DNA from: the human T2T-CHM13v2.0 reference genome, Homo sapiens
DNA length: 64,000 nt
Direction: 5' to 3' (one strand)
NCBI RefSeq assembly: GCF_009914755.1
Contig: NC_060938.1
The notes beneath the pieces are model-generated. The model did no database searches. It worked only from the letters and a program-made list of their open reading frames with translations, and was not told the DNA's origin. Position 1 is the first letter of the stretch, and each line of letters starts with the position of its first letter. This document shows positions 1 through 15,649 of this stretch, in pieces. The position numbers and the translations under genes were made by a program.

Positions 1-1113
1 TTCCTGTTAACTGATACTATTTATGTCTAGAAATAGCTCTTTAATATATGTGTATATATTTTTTCTGTTAAAATACTAAGTTCTAAAAGTACTACTTTTC
101 CATGAGTGTAGTAATTTTATCCAGTTGTGAAGTTTGGAACCATTTTGTGGCATATTTATTAGGTGTCTTCTATTATCTTTGGCTAGTATCCTATTTTATG
201 GTAAATGTCAAATCACAGGAGCACAGAAACGGGGAAAACTTGAGAAAACAGAAACTTGGATATCTAAACTTTTTAGTATAATTTTAAAATAATTGAGATC
301 CTTTCTAGAATCTATACCTTTTCACTAACATATATCACAAATTTTCTTTTAATTACTTTGAATGGTTGCCTAAATTATATTATAGACATTTTGTAGGTAA
401 TTTAAAACTACTTTCTTTACCTTTACTGCATTTCTTTAATTTCTCAACATCAGCAAACATTTCAGTAGCCACTACGACTCTTAAAAGACAAAATGCATTT
501 CTGAGGGGAGCCAGTTTTTATTTTTTGTCTTTATGTCGAATAATTCTACATATATTATGAAGAAGAAAATAACAGTCATCTAAAAATTGTGGTCAGCCTT
601 CCTATGCATTTGTTTCATAATAACAAATAGGTAACAGCAAGAGATTTTTACTTCAAATTTAGTGTAATTATTTGTCATTGCTTTTAAGGGAACATAGTTA
701 AACTTTGTAATAAAAATACTAGCCTTGTTTTACTTATGATGGTGTCCAAAAAAAGAGAGGAAATACAGTTTCTGATAAAAATGGAAAGTCCAGGAATAAA
801 TATAATGATGAGAATGAGTGCTTTTATCACTGGGGAACTTTCTTCATCTAAGCACATATGAACAATTGATCCTTGTAGTCATATATAGCAGTAAACATTA
901 ATAACTTAACAGTCTGAAGTCAGTGCAGAAGATATGGAGCATTATTGAAAGATGGAGTCGAGCAGGTGGCACTTTAATATGTTCAGTGTCATGGTTGACT
1001 CTAAAGACTAGTCGAATGAAATTACTTGAGGTTCTAAAGATTTAAAAAGCGAACTCATTTTGCTGCACTAAGGAAATGCTACTGATCAGGCTTTCTGTGT
1101 CCCTTTTTTCTAG

Positions 1114-1147
1114 GCTAGAAAATATTAACCCTGAAGAAAATGACATG
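1114..1147 (+). CDS. MIPOL1: MIPOL1 internal coding exon, 34 nt, (V)LENINPEENDM
   Basis: Acceptor cccttttttctag|G and donor ATG|gtaagc. One nt completes the upstream codon, then 11 codons; joins in frame to the next exon. Peptide matches recalled human MIPOL1. Confidence 0.93.
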
Positions 1148-1379
1148 GTAAGCCATTCTCTGAGGAGATTTCTTGATGTCAGTCTTATATCTTAGAGGCT
1201 TAAGTTCAATTGAGTGGGTTTCAAGAACTAAGATGTGGGAAAAAGAAGAATTGACACACTAATAATGTACATCTTTGCTGCAATATGAAAATTCAATAAC
1301 TTCACTCAGTCAATTTACAATTCACATGTGCCTATTAATTAAAACCCTATATTAAATAAAATATATTAAAACTTCATGT

Positions 1380-1388
1380 CTGACTAAC
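1380..1388 (+). promoter_or_regulatory. Strong branch-point motif (CTGACTAAC; branch A at 1387)
   Basis: Near-perfect match to UACUAAC 20 nt upstream of the exon start at 1407, with no intervening AG. Confidence 0.7.
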
Positions 1389-1406
1389 ATATAATGGTGT
1401 TGGTAG

Positions 1407-1577
1407 ACATTACAGGAATTACTGAACAGAATAAACAATGCAGACACAGGGATAGCTATTCAGAAGAATGGAGCTATAATTGTGGATAGAATCTACAAGA
1501 CCAAGGAATGTAAAATGAGAATAACTGCAGAAGAAATGAGTGCACTAATAGAAGAACGGGATGCTGCCTTGTCTAAG
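1407..1577 (+). CDS. MIPOL1: MIPOL1 internal coding exon, 171 nt, TLQELLNRINNADTGIAIQKNGAIIVDRIYKTKECKMRITAEEMSALIEERDAALSK
   Basis: tag|ACA ... AAG|gtaact; 57 open codons, phase 0-0, coiled-coil-like; matches recalled MIPOL1. Confidence 0.95.
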
Positions 1578-2157
1578 GTAACTCTGCATATATCTGTAAA
1601 AGCATATACTTACCATTTTCCTCTCTATTTTTTTAACCATTAAAAACTGACTTTGGCCCAGATATTCTTAATTCACATTAATTTTTAGCACATAATTAAT
1701 ACCACAGTGATTAGCTATATTAAAATAATTATGTATTTTATTATACTACTGTTCAAAATATGAAACCTCATTTTAAATAAAATTTAATGCAGTCTCATTT
1801 CTTAATAAAATTAAACTTGTTTTATTACAGACTAACTTGTTATAGAAATTGTTATATTTTTTCAACTAATCACTTTTATATGGGACTTCTTACTTAAATT
1901 ACAGTTTTCTGAAGGCTGAGACTATGTCTATATTACTGTTTTATTCCCAGTGCCTAATTCAGTACCTTTTAGTAAACCTTGATTAATGGATCAAAATTAT
2001 TCATGTATTTTTTTCTGAATGCTACTTACACCTTCCTGCTCTACCTGAAACCTGATTACCTCCCTCAGGCCACTGCTTCCAGTGCAGTCCTTTCAACTAG
2101 TGGCTGTGCTCTCTCTCATACCAGTTATACCACTGGGCTTGGAGGCTTGTTTCTTGT

Positions 2158-2161
2158 TATT

Positions 2162-2196
<35 letters not shown>

Positions 2197-2322
2197 GTGT
2201 GTGTGGAGATTTGGTATCACCTTGTTTCCCAGGCTGCTCTTGAACTCTTGGCCTCAAGTGATCCTCCTCCCTCGACCTCCCAAAGTGTTGGGGATTACAG
2301 GCATGAGCCACCACACCTGGCC
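2158..2322 (-). mobile_element. Alu left monomer (FLAM-like) with (TTTA)n tail
   Basis: Single arm ending ...ccacacctggcc; the tail is a (TTTA)n microsatellite. Confidence 0.85.
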
Positions 2323-2726
2323 TTGTTAGTGTTTTCAGATCAATGTCTTTTTCACTCCCTAAATACCTCCAGCTCTGAAACTCATGCATCAGACTGTACC
2401 ACCCAGTGCACACTATTGTTGTAGTCATGTACACACTTCTATGTCACTTCTCTTGTTTTGTTAAAATTTTTGGGCCTATTCCAATGTCTCTTTCTTCAGC
2501 CTACTCCTGTCATAATTCTTGGTGATGTAAATTCCTATGTAGATAATCCTTTCAAAAATTGCAGCCTCTTATTTCCTAAATTTCTCTACTTTAGTCATTG
2601 TGTGCTGCACACTGTATCTGCTATCTGCTCTGTGGTCATACTCTGTTCCTGGTCATTCTGAGTCTCAATGTCAAGCTTCCCGCTTTCTGACTACCAGCTG
2701 CTATCTTTCTAGCTCATTCATGCTAG

Positions 2727-3042
<316 letters not shown>

Positions 3043-4689
3043 TCAGCTTATTTCTATCAATCTTACTAACTCTTTTCTGTCTCTCAAACCCCTTATGTCC
3101 TTACTCCCCCACCCCAACACACACACATCTGGCTTAAATTCCATAGCCCATTATAATTATCGCCAACTTGCACATAATATACCCTCATTTCTCTTTGCCC
3201 TCTTCCTTTGTCCTACTCACCCAGCAAAATCAAAATCTATTTAAATGAATCTCTCTATCTGTTTTGTATCTTCACAGCTTTGTAAGGCAGGAGAAAAATC
3301 ACACAAATTTACTGACTGTACTTACCTTAAATCCATGACCAACTATTAATATATTCAGTTAGGTTCTTAGTGTTGCCTGGCAACTTCTTGCCTTTTGCTT
3401 GTCTATTCACTCTCCCCTCTAGAGGACTATTTTATCTCTTCTTTCTCCTTAGTTATCTCACCTCTCCTCCCAGTTAAAAAGATAACTTCTGCATGCCCAC
3501 AGCCATTTCATCTACTAGCCTACCTGCATTTGCACCCATGTGCTCTGCCTTTTCTACTTTACTTTTTTCTAACTACATGCTTCTATTTAAAGACAATCTC
3601 TCTATTTCCATACTAGTTCACATCTTTTCTGGCCTTCACAAGGTGATCGCTTAACCACTTGTTCCTTTTCTCTCCTACTTCATAAAATGTTTGATATTAG
3701 TTCATTTCCATTGCTATCCAAAATGCCTTACCACCTCCCATGGAGGCTGAGTGGAAGTTTTGGTAAGTCTTGGCCTAGTTGTGGTTCACCCCTGTATTTT
3801 GGATGAGGCCTCCCAAACTGAGAGCTGAGTATTTGCAAGGGCCCGACTCCTGGACGATCCTGTATTCTAGTGTGTGTTTGTTTCCTTAGCACTGGAAGAC
3901 TGTGGAAAACTCAAATATTTTTTCAGAGGTTTGAGGGCTTAGCTTTTTAACTTAAAGACCTGTAGAAGTTTGGAATTTGGCAAATGATTTGGTTCAGAAA
4001 CAAGTCTCAAATCTCCATTTTGTCACTTCAGCCCTGAATAGCTGTCAAAAGCTTGGGTGGTTTCTCTGTCTTCCAGCAGGAGCTCTTTGCCTAGTTAAAG
4101 CCTGATTTCTCAGTGTTTTCCCCATACCTAGAATATGACACTCTCAGGGGGAAAAAATAACTGCAGATACTCCAGTCCTTCCTCTCCAGTTAACTCCTCT
4201 TCAGAATCTTAGACACTCAAGCCATTATTGCAGCAACAGCCCTCTGATACCTTTAGGCAGATGAGTTTTGCATTAAATCTGGCTTTTCTTGTTCTTGAAT
4301 GAAGCATTCGTTCACCACAAATGATTCCATGCTGTCTAGACATGGAAGTAAGTTAACTAAAATAAGCACATAGAGCATAATTAAATTGACTGCCACTCAT
4401 TCCCTCTTCCTATCTTTTCTCCCTCCACTGACTTTCATGGTATAAAAGGATAAATAAATAAGAAGTTAACATTTGGTAATATTTGCTGACAAGTTGTTAT
4501 GTATAAATACCACCGCACTATATTTATGGTTATGTTTTATGAGAAAGGAGTTGTTTAGTTATTTTAATTTGCTTATTTGCAAGCCCTCTGGCTCAATAAA
4601 TACTCATTTTAATTTTTATGTTAGTCATTGTATACTTACACTTTTGAATTATTGTCTTATATTTCTGAATGGAATCTTTTTTTAACTTT

Positions 4690-5150
4690 GATTTTTTAAA
4701 AATAAATTTGTTGGAATAGTTTTAGATTACAGAAAAGTTTCAAAAATAGTACAATATAGACAGCTCCCATATATTACCCAGTTTTGGTTTTCTCTAATTT
4801 TGTTATCTTAAATCATTGTGATATGTTTGTTAAAGTTAGGAAACCAACATTGGTACATTAGTATCAATTCAACTCTAGATGTTATTCAGAATTCACCAGT
4901 TTTCATTAGTGTCCTTATGTTCCATGATCCAATCCAGGGTAGCATATTGCATTTAATTGTCACGTCCTTCTAGTCTCTGGTCTGTGACAGCCTATTCATC
5001 TTTCCTTGTATTTTTTTCCTCCATAACCTCAATAATTTTGAAGAGTACTGCTCACATATTTTATAGAATATCTCTGAATTTGGGTTTGTTTGTTTTTGTC
5101 ATGATTAAAGTGAGATTTTGAGTTTTGGGAAAGAATACCACAGGGATTTT
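4690..5150 (-). mobile_element. Old L1M (L1MC/ME-like) 3' fragment
   Basis: tttagattacagaaaagtttcaaaaatagtaca... resembles old L1M 3' UTR consensus. Confidence 0.5.
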
Positions 5151-5164
5151 GCCTTAATTTAATT

Positions 5165-5471
5165 TAATTAACTTTTTACTTACTCTGAGAATGGATTCTC
5201 ACTCTGTCACCCAAGCTGGAGTGCAGTGGCACTGTCTTGGCTCACTGCAACCTCTGCCTCCTGGGTTCAAGCGATTTTCTTCCCTCAGCCTCACAAGTAG
5301 CTGGTATTACAAGCGGGTGCCACCACACCTGGCTAATTTTTTGTACTTTTTTAGTAGAGATGGGGTTTCATCATGTTGGCCAAGGTGGTCTAGAACTCCT
5401 GACCTCAAATGATCTGCCCACCTTGGCCTCCCAAAGTGCTGGGATTACAGTTGTGAGCCACCTGCCCAGCC
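5165..5471 (-). mobile_element. Alu (AluS-type), degenerate tail
   Basis: Full dimer. Confidence 0.93.
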
Positions 5472-7559
5472 TTGATTTTAAAGCTATTATTTAGCATCAG
5501 ACATTTTCTAATTATGTCTTCTGTATAGTGCTAGGAGAACTTTAGTCACATTCCATATAGATATTAAAAATTTCAGATTCAGTTATAATTTGTTGACTTT
5601 GATACACTTGATATCTTACTTTATTTTTCAAATCAAGTCAAAATCATTTATTTACTTTAATTGACCTAGTTAAAAATGTTATCTTTTTCAGATAAATCCT
5701 TATACTCTTTATTTATCCCAAATTGTTTTTTCATTTCTCTTCTATCTCAAACTGAGAGCCAAAAGCCTTAAAGTCTTTCATAGAATTAATTTAAAAATTA
5801 TAATTAGCAATTGTTTGATCAAGGAATTATCTTACCAACCAGTCCTCTATTCTTTCTTTATCATTTTTTTGGCCAATTCACACTTTCCTATTTTATTCGA
5901 ATTGTAGAAATATCTGGAATCAGAAGATAAAGCTGTAAACTTCCATTTCTTCACTATTCTCCTTTTCCAGGATCTTTCAGATTATTATTCTATACAAACA
6001 AAAAATTTAGAATTTTAATTGGAAAGATTTTTATAGAATTATAGAATTTTAAATTTCGTAGGACTTTAGGAGCCATCTAGTTAAATTGTTCACCAAATTA
6101 AGGAATCTGATCTGTCACTAATTTTCACTGTAGTCAAATACCCATCTTCTCTTAATATCTAGCCATTGGTGTTAGAATTGGTCTCAGAACATTTGACAAA
6201 TCATATTGCATCAAATATATTCAAATATTTATCAGTAATGTCCTAAGTCATGAGGGCTAGGCTTAGAAGCACAATTGGACTCAGGTCACACATCAATAAG
6301 CAACAGAAAATTATTGAACTAGCCAGGATTGGTGATTTATTAGCTTTGAGGGCTGACTTTATTGGGAGATACAGTAATTCAAGTAATTATTCCTAGATAT
6401 TCTGGCAAAATTAGGCTAGCTCTGGGCTATGTTTTACTTATAAGGGTATACATAAATGGGCAAGGCCTGGCACCTGGAGGCTTTGGGTCTTATTGGTATT
6501 TGTAGTTAGAAGGATAATATTGTAGAGCTCTTCATTGATTGGACCCTTGCTGGTACCTAAGTGAGGGGCCCAACCCCTGAGACCTGAATAAGTCAGGTAT
6601 GAGAATGGGGGTAACTGTATGGACTTTATGGACTTTAACCACATGGACCACTCAAAACAGAAGGCAAAAGTCTTGTCATAGAGACTTAGAGTACAGCAGG
6701 TATAAAGGAAGAAAGTGGTAAATTCTTTATGTACATGCGTGTTTGGACTCTATTATAGGCGTAATGGAAAATATGCTATGACTCTTCAATGAATTTCATT
6801 GGCATCGACTGATGAGAATGGAGCTTTGATTATATTGCCAGGCTTGATTATAATTAGTTCAGAAACTATATGAAAAGGTGCATACAGGCTAAAAACTTCT
6901 AGGAGCAAAGCACAGCAAGGCAAAGCAGAAACTAGCACTGTTTCTGCTTTTCAGGTATTTTCACATCCTTCAACCTTTCCTTGGGTTTCCTTCTACTTTT
7001 CTGTCTTCTAGGTGTTAGTTTCTTCTTGCCTGTTAAGGCCAAATCAGTGATCTTACATTTCTGTTTTCTGAACACTATATGGAGAATCTGAACTCATCAC
7101 TATTTTCTAGAAATGAGTCATTCTATATATCTAAATTTATTATCACTCTTTTAATTTCTGTACTCGTTTCTTGGTTTTATTGTTGAAAATATTTCTAAGA
7201 TATTTATATTGCTCCTTTAGATGAAATATAATGAGCACACCTTTTGTGATAATTTAGTGGCTTATTTTTTTTATCAAATATTGTAATGAAAAGTACAGAT
7301 CCAGAGATCTTTCATGTTCAACATTGATAGAAAACCCATGGAAGAATCAAGGGGTAATTAAAGAAATTCAGCTAAACATTTCACTGTTCAGATTCCTTTA
7401 CCAATATAGGCTGCAAGCCTATACCAAGCACCAAGCTGAAGGAGTAAACTAAGTGAGAGGAAGACATGAATCCAATCTAGTGATGTAATGAAGAAAATTC
7501 TAGGAAGACTGCTGAAGAATGCATGGAAAGTGCATTGGTCTGTTCTTTTTGACTCTTTC

Positions 7560-7890
7560 TGCCTTTAAGCCTGTTTTTCCCTCTTACTAGAACATACTTC
7601 CTCTCTGCTTGTTGCTCACTTGTCTGCATTATACTTCAAAGCCATTTTAAATATCATCTCTTCTGTAAAGATCACTCACATGAAGCAATATTGATAACTA
7701 TGTCATTTGTGCCCATATTTTACCTTGTATCCTGTTACAGGCCTTATCACACTGTATTACAGTTAATTGATTTTATGCCTGGCTTTCCTACTATCATGAA
7801 CTTGCATGAAGATAGAAGCTGTTTATTTATTTGTGTCAATCACAGTCCCTTGGATGTGAAGTTACTTATTATGTTTGTGGAATTATTGAA
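7560..7890 (+). mobile_element. L2 3' end
   Basis: Degenerate L2 tail (...ttacttattatgtttgtggaattattgaa). Confidence 0.55.
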
Positions 7891-9031
7891 CTTGGCTATT
7901 TTAGATATTTCAAGATACATGAAACTAAAAGCATTTAGTGAAATATTATTCATTCATCCACATTTTATTGAGTACCTGTTATGTGCTGTGTGTTGGGAAC
8001 TCAGCAATAATCCAGATATAAAAGGTTCTTACTCATATGGAACTTATGTTTTCATATGGAAATGTAGATAGTGAACAAACAAATAAATAAAGTACTTTCA
8101 GGTAGTGGTGTGATGAAAATAGTTAATGTATAGTGACAGCAGCTGGGGGGTGGGATTATCACTTTAAATAGGGTGATCAAGGCAGGCCTATTTTTCAAGA
8201 TGAATTGTTGCTCTAAGACTTGAAGACTTGAAGAAGAGAAGTATCCAGCTGTGCAGAGAGCTATGGAAAGAGCATTCCATTAGAAAAGAAGAGATCAACA
8301 GTGCCCTGACAGAGTGAACAAGCTTAGGTTTTTAAAGTGTCAAATCAAATGTGCCAACCTTACATTTGATTGAAGTACAGTGAGCAAGGAAGATACTTAT
8401 AAGTGATAAGGCAGAAGACATAGGCAGCAGACAAGTCTGTATGATCTTGGAGGTAATGGTCAGGAGCAGATATTGCATCTAAATGCAGAAGGGACTGAAA
8501 GAAAAAAGCTGTTGAAATAGTCTAAGCAAAAGATGAAAGTGATGGTGGTTCAGAGGAACAAGTGTAGATCAAGAAAAGTGGACAGATTTGGGAAATATTT
8601 TGAAAGTACGATAAGTAGGCCTTGAAGACAAATTGGATTTGGACATAAAGGAGCAGAAAGAATTAAGGCTAACTTCTGTATTTGGACTTGAACACTGTGT
8701 TGGCTCTATCTGTTGTGATGGGGAAGTTTCTTTGGGGTGGGATCAACATATTTTGGGAGGGGTATGACATTCTCTTTTGGATATGGTATATTTGAGATTA
8801 TTCTTAAAAATTCAAGGAGAATTTTGAGCAGTTACTTGGTTATTGCAGCCATTGGGATATGGATAAGTAAAACTGTGGGACTAGATGAAACTGGGGAAAG
8901 CTCACCAAAGAGAAGAGGGGCTAAGACCAAGTTGTGTGGTGTGTCAACATTTAGCAGTTGGGCAAAAGAGGAGGAGCCAGGAGAGGAGATTGGAAGGGAA
9001 TGTTGAATGAGGTAGAAGGACATTGAAATGA

Positions 9032-9405
<374 letters not shown>

Positions 9406-9634
9406 TGAGCATAGTCAGTTCCCTTGAGTGGTGTGAATTCAAGCAAAGTGAAGATAGATTTGATCACATGGATGATGTTGAGGGCTTTGACAGGAGTTCC
9501 GTCCAGGACAGAGGCAACGTTGGAGTGTTTGAGGAGAAAATGGAAATAGAGAAAGTGCAGACAGTGAATACAACTTTTTTTCCCCCTCCTGTAATGTAGG
9601 CAGAAAAATTGGCATTAGATGGAGAGAGGGCTTA

Positions 9635-10171
<537 letters not shown>

Positions 10172-11845
10172 TTAACAGATGTATGCAAAGCATTTGGATA
10201 GATACAGATGCTGGCAAGTTGATAAATTTAGTAAAGGGAAGTTGGGGGTGCAGTGTCATTATTAAAATGTTAGATTAATTTAGATTTTCAGTGGATTAGT
10301 GGATGGTGCTGAAGATTTAAAATGTGGAGACAGTTTGAAATCATTGTCTTTGTTTCTATATAAATGAACATAACTAGAGAAATGTAGGATTGCCAGGCAG
10401 AGCTGAATGCACATTTAAGAATTAGGGTAGTTAAATTTTTAAAAACGTGTCAGGGAAGTTGTGTGATTTCTTTTAGCAGTATTCCAATCTCGAGTGTGGT
10501 GTGAGTAGTGTGGTGTAGTAGATATTTGATTTTAACTAAGACTGAGTTTTTAATGGGTGAGGGACCAGAGAGTTATTACAGCAATGAATTCCAGACTCTC
10601 CCTCACCGTGGACTCTCCCTTATGTAAAGAGGAAGAGGAGTGATGAGGCACATAGAAAGAAACTGAGGAGAGTGTGGTATCACAGAAGGCAAGGTCCCGG
10701 ATAGTAAAAAACTGGTAAGTCCATGTATTAGAATTCTTGGTTTGTCAAGTAATTGTGCTATAGTGATTTGCAGTCAAGAGAAAAAGGCACTAGAAATAAA
10801 GATTTCGAATAGAGCAATTATTAGGGTTAGTGATTTCCAGATATTTTTCTGTGTAATTTTTATGTGGTTGTATAGGAAAAAAACCCTAAATGATACATAT
10901 TTTATCACACAGTCAGTAAGCCAGATTCAGAAGTGGTTAAAAAGAGGAAGCATATCTAAGGAAAAGTATGAATAATTTAAAACTTGCAAACAGTTTCCTC
11001 CTTGTTGTAACAAGTATAGAAATTAAGGTCTGAGAAGATAATATAATGACACATATTTCAAGATTCAGAAATGGGTGCTAGAACTTTTCTAGCCTGGTTA
11101 TGAATTCCTCATTTGGCGTCTGCATGACCAGCAGTCACTGTGATAAAGCAGATTGAGATTAGGGAGTGCAGCATAAGCTAACAAACCCACTTGATGAGCA
11201 TACCTAGAATCCTGGTCAATGATGTAACCTTCAAGGTTATCTTTTCACTTTAGCAGAGGAAATAATCAAATATCCTAGTGTCTTAACCTCTCCTTTTTTA
11301 GTGTTGCCTTTACTTTGTGCTTCTTATAATTAGCATAGTGTCTAGCATGTAATAGATACAAAATAATGATGTTTAAAATATTAGAAATTTGACAAAAAGG
11401 TTATACTCGAAAGGAAAATAAAGCATAACATTTAGAGTTATGTTTTTCAGGAAAAGTAGGGAACATATTTGATATTCTTAATTACAGTGGCTGTAAGATT
11501 TTCATTAATTTTTTCCCTTGTCAGTTTGTTAATTTGCTTTCCTATCATACAATTATTTGCTTATGCATGTTTTTCAGTCAGTCTTGCTAAAATATATTGT
11601 TGATAGTTCATCTGTTGTAATTACTTTTTTCTTACTGTGAAATTTTTACAACTTCTTGAAAGTATATATAACTTTAGAAAGTACAGATAAGCAAAAAGAA
11701 GGAAAAAATTGCCCCAAGCTCACTTCCTAGAAAGTTATATGTAGATTGTCTTTTTTCAATACATATTGTATTGTATATACTACTTTGTAGCCTGATTTTT
11801 CACATTGATTTGACATTTTGTTAGACATTCTCATAATTTTACTTC

Positions 11846-12205
<360 letters not shown>

Positions 12206-12689
12206 TAAGATTTGTTTAACTCACCTGCCATTGAGAGTTTTGAGAATGGGAACATTTTTGTAACTAAATTTTTATGTACATCCATGTTTCTTTCTTCAAG
12301 GAAAATTCCCAGGAATGAAAAGGACAGACCAAAGAATACAAACATTTAAAAATAAATATATATTTCTAAATAGCCTTCTTAGAAAAGTTGTACCTAGAAA
12401 TGTTATTTGAAATTTCATTTGGGGACTTTAAGCAGATAAAATGCTAAGAAATGTAGACTTAATTCTCTAGGCAATGTGAAACTTGCAGTTTTTGAGTTTT
12501 CTGATAATGCAGAAAGTGCTACTCTTGGGGAAGATTTCTGGGCAAGACTTTATCAAGTGCCTTGAGTAATATGAACATAAGTCTGAGGAGACCAATGATT
12601 ATGGGAACCTATTATAATTGAGGCAAGAGGTGATGAGGTTCTAAACAAGAAAAACAAGGAGAGGAATAGATTTGAAAGCTATGGAAGCT

Positions 12690-15470
12690 TCTATTTTTGT
12701 AAATGAGGGTATAACTTGAAGGGAAGTAATCTCAAGTGAAGGATTTGATGAATTTTTATATATGTGTGTTCCCTTGAAAGCAGCATCCCGATCAAGATAT
12801 GGAACACTGCTAGTACTCCAGGAGGCTCTTTCTTGTCTCTTCCCAGTCGGAATTTCTCACCAAAGATAATCACTCCTCTTATTTCTGTCTCCATGGGTCA
12901 TTTTGCATGTTTTAAAACTTCATATAAAAGGAGTCATATGTTATATACTCCTTGTGTCTAATTTCTGTCACCCAGTGTTAACTACTGTATGTTGATCTGT
13001 ATTGTTAATAATTATTAATAATGTGTCTTTTTCATTGTGGTGTGATGTTCCCTTGTGTGAATATGCCATGATTTATTTGCATATTAAACATGTTAAACAG
13101 ATGACAGAAATTTAGATTGTTTTCGTTTTTAACCTATTATGCATGAAGTATTATAGAGATTCTTGAACATATCTTTTGGCGGGCCTAAGCATTTATTTAT
13201 TTTGATACATATACAGGCACATACAAAAGAAAAGAATAGTTGAGTCATAGGTTTAGCTTTATTAGGTAATGCCAAATGTTTTTCCAAAGTTGTGCCAGTT
13301 TACAGCAGCAATGTAAGTGAGTTGTTCCAGCTGTGAGAGTTAATACTTGGTATCATTACTGATTTTAATGTCAATCATTCTGATGGGTGTATAGTCATAT
13401 TTCATTGTTGATTTATTTGTATTTTGTGTTTCCCTAATGACTAATGATGTTGGTAGCTTTTTATATGTTTTTTGACCATTTTGATATCTTCTTTTGTGAA
13501 ATATCTCTTCGAGGCTATTGTCCATTATTAAATTTTGTTGTTTTTCTTATTGATTTATGTAATTTATATATATTTATACAGTCTGTGGCTTGCATTTTTA
13601 TTCTCTTAATGCTGTCTTTTGATGGCAATAATTCTTAATTTTAATGTAGTCTAATTTATCATTTTTTTCTCCTTATGGTTAATGCATTTTGTATCCTGTT
13701 TCAGAAACCCTTGCCATTCCCATAGCACTGAACATGTTCTACTGTGCTTTCTTCTAGAAGCTTGATTATTTTAGCTTTCACATTTAGGTCCTGATCAGTT
13801 TCAAAATACTTTTTATATTGTCAAAGTCATTTATTTTCTTCATATAGATGCCTAGTCAACTTGTCTCAGCATCATGCAATTAATGAATTGTGTCTCCCCA
13901 TCCTCCCAACAACGAATTGCAGTAGAGCCCATGTAATGACTTAGGTTATTGTGTGGATCTGTTTCTGGACTCTGTTCTGTTCCATTGTTGTAGGTTTTTA
14001 TCCCTGCAATAATACTCCATGGTCTTAATTTCTGTAGCATTATAGTAAGTCTTAATTTGTGATAGTGTAAGGATCCAGCTGTCAAATGTTCTTCAGTATT
14101 TCTGCAGCTATTCTCAGTTCTTCATTCAGCTTGTTATTCTTCAGGCTGGTAGTATTTAATGGGGATTGCATGGCCTCTAAAGAATAGTTAAAGCAAGATT
14201 GGCATCTTAGCAATATTGAGTCTTCCAAATGATTGATCTTTTCATGAAAATGATTACTTTTTTCTTTATATACTGCTTTGCATCCCATAAATTTTTGATA
14301 TGCCATTTCTCATTATTATATATGTGTCTCATTATTATATATGTTGAAATATTTTTTAGTTTCTAATTTTGTTTTCTTCTTTGACCCATGAATTATTTAA
14401 AAATATGTTGCTTAATATTAAAACATTAGGAAATTCTGAAGCTATCTTTCTGTCACTGAGTTGGAATTTAATTCCCTGGTGGTGAGAAAATATAAGCTAT
14501 ACTATTTCAATCCTTAGAAATTTTTTGATACTTGCCCTGTGACCCTAAATAGGCCCTGTTTCTTAGACAATTCATGAAGTTTGTATATTCTGTAGTTGTT
14601 GAGTGTAGTATTGTCTCCGTATGTTATTTAGACCAAATAGGTTAATCGTGTTGTCCAGTTGTTGTGCATAGATGTATTGTTCGTATGTTGTGTCAGTTAT
14701 CAAGAGAGATGTTTAAAGTATTCAATGATTATGATTAATTTTTCTCCTTTTAATTCTGTGAATTTTCATTTTATTTATTTTGAAGCCATTTTATTATGTA
14801 CTAAGGTCTTTACGATTACTGTATCTTCCTATAGAATAGACTTTTATCATTATGAAATGCCCACTTTTATTTCTGGTAATACTTTTTGCCTTAATGTCTA
14901 CTTATATATCTGAATGTTATATCCTTTTCCATCCTTTTCCAAGTTCAGACTTGACCCCAACATCTTATTATGAGAAATTTTAAACATATGGAAAATTTGT
15001 ATGAATTTTACAGTGAACGTTTATATATATACCACTTGGAATCTATTATTATATTTTGCTAAACTTGATTTATCACATTATCTAGGTATTTATTAGGCAT
15101 CCCTCTGTCCATCAATTCGTCTCACTTATGATGCATTCATGTAAATGCAGGCATCAATATATTGGCTTCTAAACCCTTCAGCATAGTATATCATTAGATG
15201 GAATTCTGTATTATTGCAGTTATTTTGTTTTTATTTAAAAGTTATGCACATTGAAATATAGAAAACTAAGTGCACATTCTCTACGTCTGACAAGTGCATA
15301 CAACTGTATAGTTACCACCACGATCAAGATGCAGAACATTACTACAGTGTTACCCCAGAGTTTCCTCATGACCTATCCAATCAATTCATGTTCCCACCTC
15401 TCAACGGCAATCACTGATCTGATATTTTTATATCACTCTTTAGTTTTATCTTTTTGAGAAAGTCATGTTT
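12690..15470 (-). mobile_element. Old L1M (L1ME/MD-like) fragments, 3' UTR and ORF2
   Basis: Degenerate ORF2 peptide in track 13340-13525 (SLVIRETQ...MKYDYTPIRM) and L1M 3' UTR-like sequence. Confidence 0.7.
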
Positions 15471-15649
15471 GACATCACAATATATCTAAGATGACCACAT
15501 TTATTTGTTTTACTCTGTTCTTATATAGATAAGAAATGTATCTTTTTTTAAAACTTGTACTTTGCTCAGGAGGATTTTTTTTAATATTTTTATTTTGTGA
15601 AGTAGACCTAGATTTTCTTTCTTTAAAAATATTTACTCATTTATTCATT

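Noticed and set aside
1148-1406. U12-type intron, given the missing pyrimidine tract
   Set aside because: The donor is GTAAGC rather than RTATCCT, and the branch motif is U2-type.
3740-4340. Relatively GC-richer segment, possibly an old L1 5' region or LTR; a similar one at ~6370-6900
   Set aside because: Could not assign a family from memory; needs a Dfam search.
6935-6962. Recursive-splice-site-like tttctgcttttcag|gtattt
   Set aside because: The regenerated donor is weak and expected by chance in 61 kb.
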